NCBI GenBank assembly: GCA_038142325.1
Contig: JAYQJW010000002.1
Span: forward strand, 872,795 to 936,794
DNA length: 64,000 bases
Origin: Gammaproteobacteria bacterium
Lineage (GTDB): Bacteria > Pseudomonadota > Gammaproteobacteria > GCA-002705445 > GCA-002716945
Reading direction: 5' to 3'
The notes under the pieces were generated by a model. It made no database searches. It saw only the letters and a list, made by a program, of their open reading frames with translations, and was not told the DNA's origin. This document shows, one piece after another, positions 61,118 to 64,000 of the stretch (the first letter of the stretch is position 1; the number at the start of each line of letters is the position of its first letter). The position numbers and the translations under genes are program-made.

Positions 61118-61124
61118 CCTCTAT

Positions 61125-61670
61125 ATGAAAAAAATCTTTTTACCACTCTGCATGTTAATATCATTGGTTATGAATGATGTATCTGCAAATCAGTGTCCAA
61201 AAGCATTGGACTTTGAAATAAAACGTCTTGGTGAAGATAAAGTTGAGAGTCTTTGCAAGTATAAAGGCAATGTTATTCTAGTTGTTAATACAGCAAGCAA
61301 ATGTGGCTTTACTCCTCAGTATGAAGGCTTGGAGAAATTGTATTCTGACAAGAAGGATCAAGGCTTTGTAGTTTTAGGTTTTCCATCACATGACTTTTAT
61401 CAAGAGCCTGCGCCAGAACAAGATATCAAAGACTTTTGTAATCTTACATATGATGTGAAGTTTCCAATGTTTACGAAAGTAAATGTAAGAGGTGAAAAAG
61501 CGCACCCATTTTATAAGAATCTTGCCGCTGAGACAAATAGTTCGCCTAAATGGAACTTTTGGAAATATTTAATTAACAAAGATGGTGAAGTTGTAAAAAG
61601 TTACTCTATGGTGACTAGTCCAAAAGGCGACAAGCTTGTAAGCATGATTAATAAACTTCTGTCTGAGTAA
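61125..61670 (+). CDS. Glutathione peroxidase family protein with signal peptide
   Basis: VNTASKCGFTPQY, LGFPS and PKWNFWKYL; N-terminal signal-like stretch ending VSA|N. Confidence 0.92.
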   Translation: MKKIFLPLCMLISLVMNDVSANQCPKALDFEIKRLGEDKVESLCKYKGNVILVVNTASKCGFTPQYEGLEKLYSDKKDQGFVVLGFPSHDFYQEPAPEQDIKDFCNLTYDVKFPMFTKVNVRGEKAHPFYKNLAAETNSSPKWNFWKYLINKDGEVVKSYSMVTSPKGDKLVSMINKLLSE

Positions 61671-61686
61671 TATAGTTAGTTGAAGA

Positions 61687-62427
61687 TTACCAGTATTTTT
61701 CGAGAGTGATATTGCCAGGTTTGCTTCTTCGGTTTCTCTCTAAACCATAGGTGCCTAAAAGATCTACCATGTCATTAATCATATCGGGATTGCCGCATAG
61801 CATAAACTGTGATGATGAATTAATATCTCCACAAATATTTGTAATTGATCCATCTTTTATAGCATCTGGAATACGCGCGTTAATGGTATTATCGACTTTT
61901 TCTCTGGTTACTGTTTGGAGATATTTAAGTTGATTAGGATGTTTTGCTTGAAGCTCTTTAATCTGATCCTGATAGGCTAGTTCCCCAGATGTACGAACAC
62001 CATGAATTAGTACTATTTCCTTGAAACGCTTCCATGGTGAATCAGTCTTTAGCAATGAGATGAAAACTCCTAGTCCTGTTCCGGTTGCTACGAGCCATAA
62101 CTTGTCGCCATCCGGCACCTCATCCATAATAAAGAATCCTGATGCTTTATCCATCACAAAAATAGAATCATTTCTATCTAGTTTATGTAAATGAGGAGTG
62201 AGTTTGCCATCGGGAACATTTACATATATTACCTCTAGAAAATCTTCGTGAGGAGCGCTCACAAGTGAGTATGGTCGTGAGATAAGATCTCCGTCAAGTT
62301 TCAGGCCTATTTTAGTAAATTGACCAGCAATATAGGGAGGTATATTATTTTCAAATCGTATTGAGACTAAATCATCCGTCCATCTGGTTTGATCGATAAC
62401 CTTTGATTCTATCCAATTGATTGCCAT
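61687..62427 (-). CDS. fpr: Ferredoxin(flavodoxin)--NADP+ reductase
   Basis: AGQF, RPYS, ATGTG, MLCGNPDM and C-terminal EKYW. Confidence 0.94.
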   Translation of the reverse strand: MAINWIESKVIDQTRWTDDLVSIRFENNIPPYIAGQFTKIGLKLDGDLISRPYSLVSAPHEDFLEVIYVNVPDGKLTPHLHKLDRNDSIFVMDKASGFFIMDEVPDGDKLWLVATGTGLGVFISLLKTDSPWKRFKEIVLIHGVRTSGELAYQDQIKELQAKHPNQLKYLQTVTREKVDNTINARIPDAIKDGSITNICGDINSSSQFMLCGNPDMINDMVDLLGTYGLERNRRSKPGNITLEKYW

Positions 62428-62459
62428 TATGCTAAGTTACTCATAATTTATGTGTGACA

Positions 62460-62488
62460 ATAATAAGTTATTGAAATTATCCTGTCAA
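62460..62488 (-). promoter_or_regulatory. Sigma70 promoter candidate for fpr
   Basis: TTGACA (62488-62483), 17 nt, TATTAT (62465-62460). Confidence 0.55.
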
Positions 62489-62492
62489 AGTA

Positions 62493-63250
62493 ATGTTGGA
62501 AATCTCTAAATTAAAAAAAAATCTCTCAAAGATTTTATATAACAATAAACCTATAAGGGTATTGTTCAAAAATCATTTAAGTTCAACGAATGATTATTTT
62601 AAATATAAATACATCAAAGATCAGTGTCCAATTATCATAATCACAAATAATCAAAGAGCATCAAGGGGAAGAAGCAGCAAAATATGGTACAGTTTCAACC
62701 AAAAATCTCTTTCATTTAGTTTGTGTTTAAAATTGAATGCCAATCAAACGGAATTAGGAAAATTAAATTATCTTTCTTGTTTAGCTGCATTGAGAGCGTT
62801 TAAAGATACAACAAATCATGCTTTGAGCATAAAATGGCCAAATGATATTTACATAGATAATAAAAAAGTTTCCGGTATCTTGATTGAGTCTCAGTCTTCT
62901 GGAAAAGATATTTTTTTATCTCTAGGTATTGGTATAAATATAAACATTGATGAATCATTTAACGTAAATCAGCCGCACTCAAATCTAGGTACTAACATCA
63001 ACCATACAAAGTTAATATATTTGTTTTGTAATAATATAGTTAATTTTCTGAAACGGAAAATTATGACGAACTTGTAAAAGAATTTAATGACAATTTATAT
63101 GCAATCAATAAAAGTATATCTATCTCAATAGACAATGTTATTCACGAAGGAGTTCTATTGGGTATCAGTGATTTTGGAGAGCTAATAATAAATACTGGCA
63201 ACAATGTTTTGACAATTAATGATATTAACAGCACATTAAGAATGATATGA
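62493..63250 (+). CDS. birA: Biotin--[acetyl-CoA-carboxylase] ligase without HTH domain (frameshift near 63058)
   Basis: SSTND, RGR, IKWPND, KVSGILIE and GIGINI; the corrected C-terminus ends in an ATGA overlap with coaX. Confidence 0.9.
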
Positions 63251-63987
63251 ATATACTCGCAGATATTGGAAATAGTCAAATCAAAATTGCTATTGAGAGG
63301 AAAAATGGAATTTCTAAAGTAAAAGCCTTTCAATCGAATGATTTTAAAGACATTAAGAAATATCTAAAGTCGCTTGATTATGATCATAAGCCATGTTTAT
63401 TTTATTCATCAGTCTTGGGCACAAACTACGATAAAAAACTAACAAAGGCTCTTAAATCTTTCTTTGAGAAAATAACAGCATTTAAATCAACAAGATCACT
63501 TTTATCAACTACAAACTCATATAAAAAAGCTTCAAGTCTAGGTTCAGATAGATGGGCACAAATTGTTGCGGCTAAAAGTATCTTTAAAAAAGACTGTGTA
63601 GTTGTTAGCTGTGGAAGTGTTATTAGTATTGATTGTGTAACAAAAAATGGTGCTCATAAAGGAGGAGTGCTTTTGAGTGGAGCCGAGAGATATAAAAACT
63701 GTTTTTCAGATATACATAACTTAAAAAATATCAAGCTGACTCAAACAAAAAAAAAGAATCTTCTTCAAAATGATACTGCAAAACAAATTAACGTGGGTTA
63801 CCGAACGATGATTTCTGCATCTGTGCACAAGGTGTATGAGGAATTTAAAAAAAACACTAAGTCTAAACCAACTATAATCGTGTCTGGAAGTTATGCACGA
63901 CAAATTGCTAGCTATGTTGAAATTAACACTTTAGTAGAACCGTTTTTTGTTCTCAAAAGTTTGGCTTTTATTAAAAGGTCTATGTAA
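63247..63987 (+). CDS. coaX: Type III pantothenate kinase
   Basis: DIGNSQIK, SSV, LGSDRW and HKGG; follows birA. Confidence 0.92.
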   Translation: MNILADIGNSQIKIAIERKNGISKVKAFQSNDFKDIKKYLKSLDYDHKPCLFYSSVLGTNYDKKLTKALKSFFEKITAFKSTRSLLSTTNSYKKASSLGSDRWAQIVAAKSIFKKDCVVVSCGSVISIDCVTKNGAHKGGVLLSGAERYKNCFSDIHNLKNIKLTQTKKKNLLQNDTAKQINVGYRTMISASVHKVYEEFKKNTKSKPTIIVSGSYARQIASYVEINTLVEPFFVLKSLAFIKRSM

Positions 63988-64000
63988 GTTCAAATAAAAA

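Overview
A gene-dense, strongly AT-rich core-chromosome segment from a streamlined gammaproteobacterium, probably marine (inferred from gene order and protein sequences). Left part (1-29 kb): nhaA, pmbA-tldD-nitrilase-yhdP, rsfS-nadD-proA-holA, then a ~5.9 kb redox/iron block (Irr-like Fur-family regulator, DUF3501, CCG Fe-S oxidoreductase, short rubrerythrin, pyrD, MBL hydrolase) that splits the usual lptE-holA pair, then lptE-leuS-lnt-corC-ybeY-phoH-miaB-ssb-MFS and uvrA. Middle (29-58 kb): the alpha/spc/S10/str ribosomal protein clusters, rpoBC, rplKAJL, nusG, secE and a single tuf. Right part: five tRNAs, a 4-ORF orphan cassette, greA, DUF2237, a secreted glutathione peroxidase, fpr, birA and coaX. 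About 15 single-base lesions, many in homopolymers and several in essential genes (rpoB, fusA), look like long-read consensus errors rather than pseudogenes. No mobile element, CRISPR array or rRNA was seen. Best leads: (1) a perfect Irr-type ICE palindrome over the -10 box of the rubrerythrin operon, next to an Irr-like gene in a gammaproteobacterium; (2) a candidate structured RNA between tRNA-Gly and tRNA-Thr; (3) an orphan gene cassette inside the split tRNA cluster; (4) a nested ~44-aa insertion in RpoB, an acidic L3 tail, loss of tufA and of r-protein leader RNAs, and several apparently leaderless genes. All assignments come from reading the sequence by eye; no database search was run.
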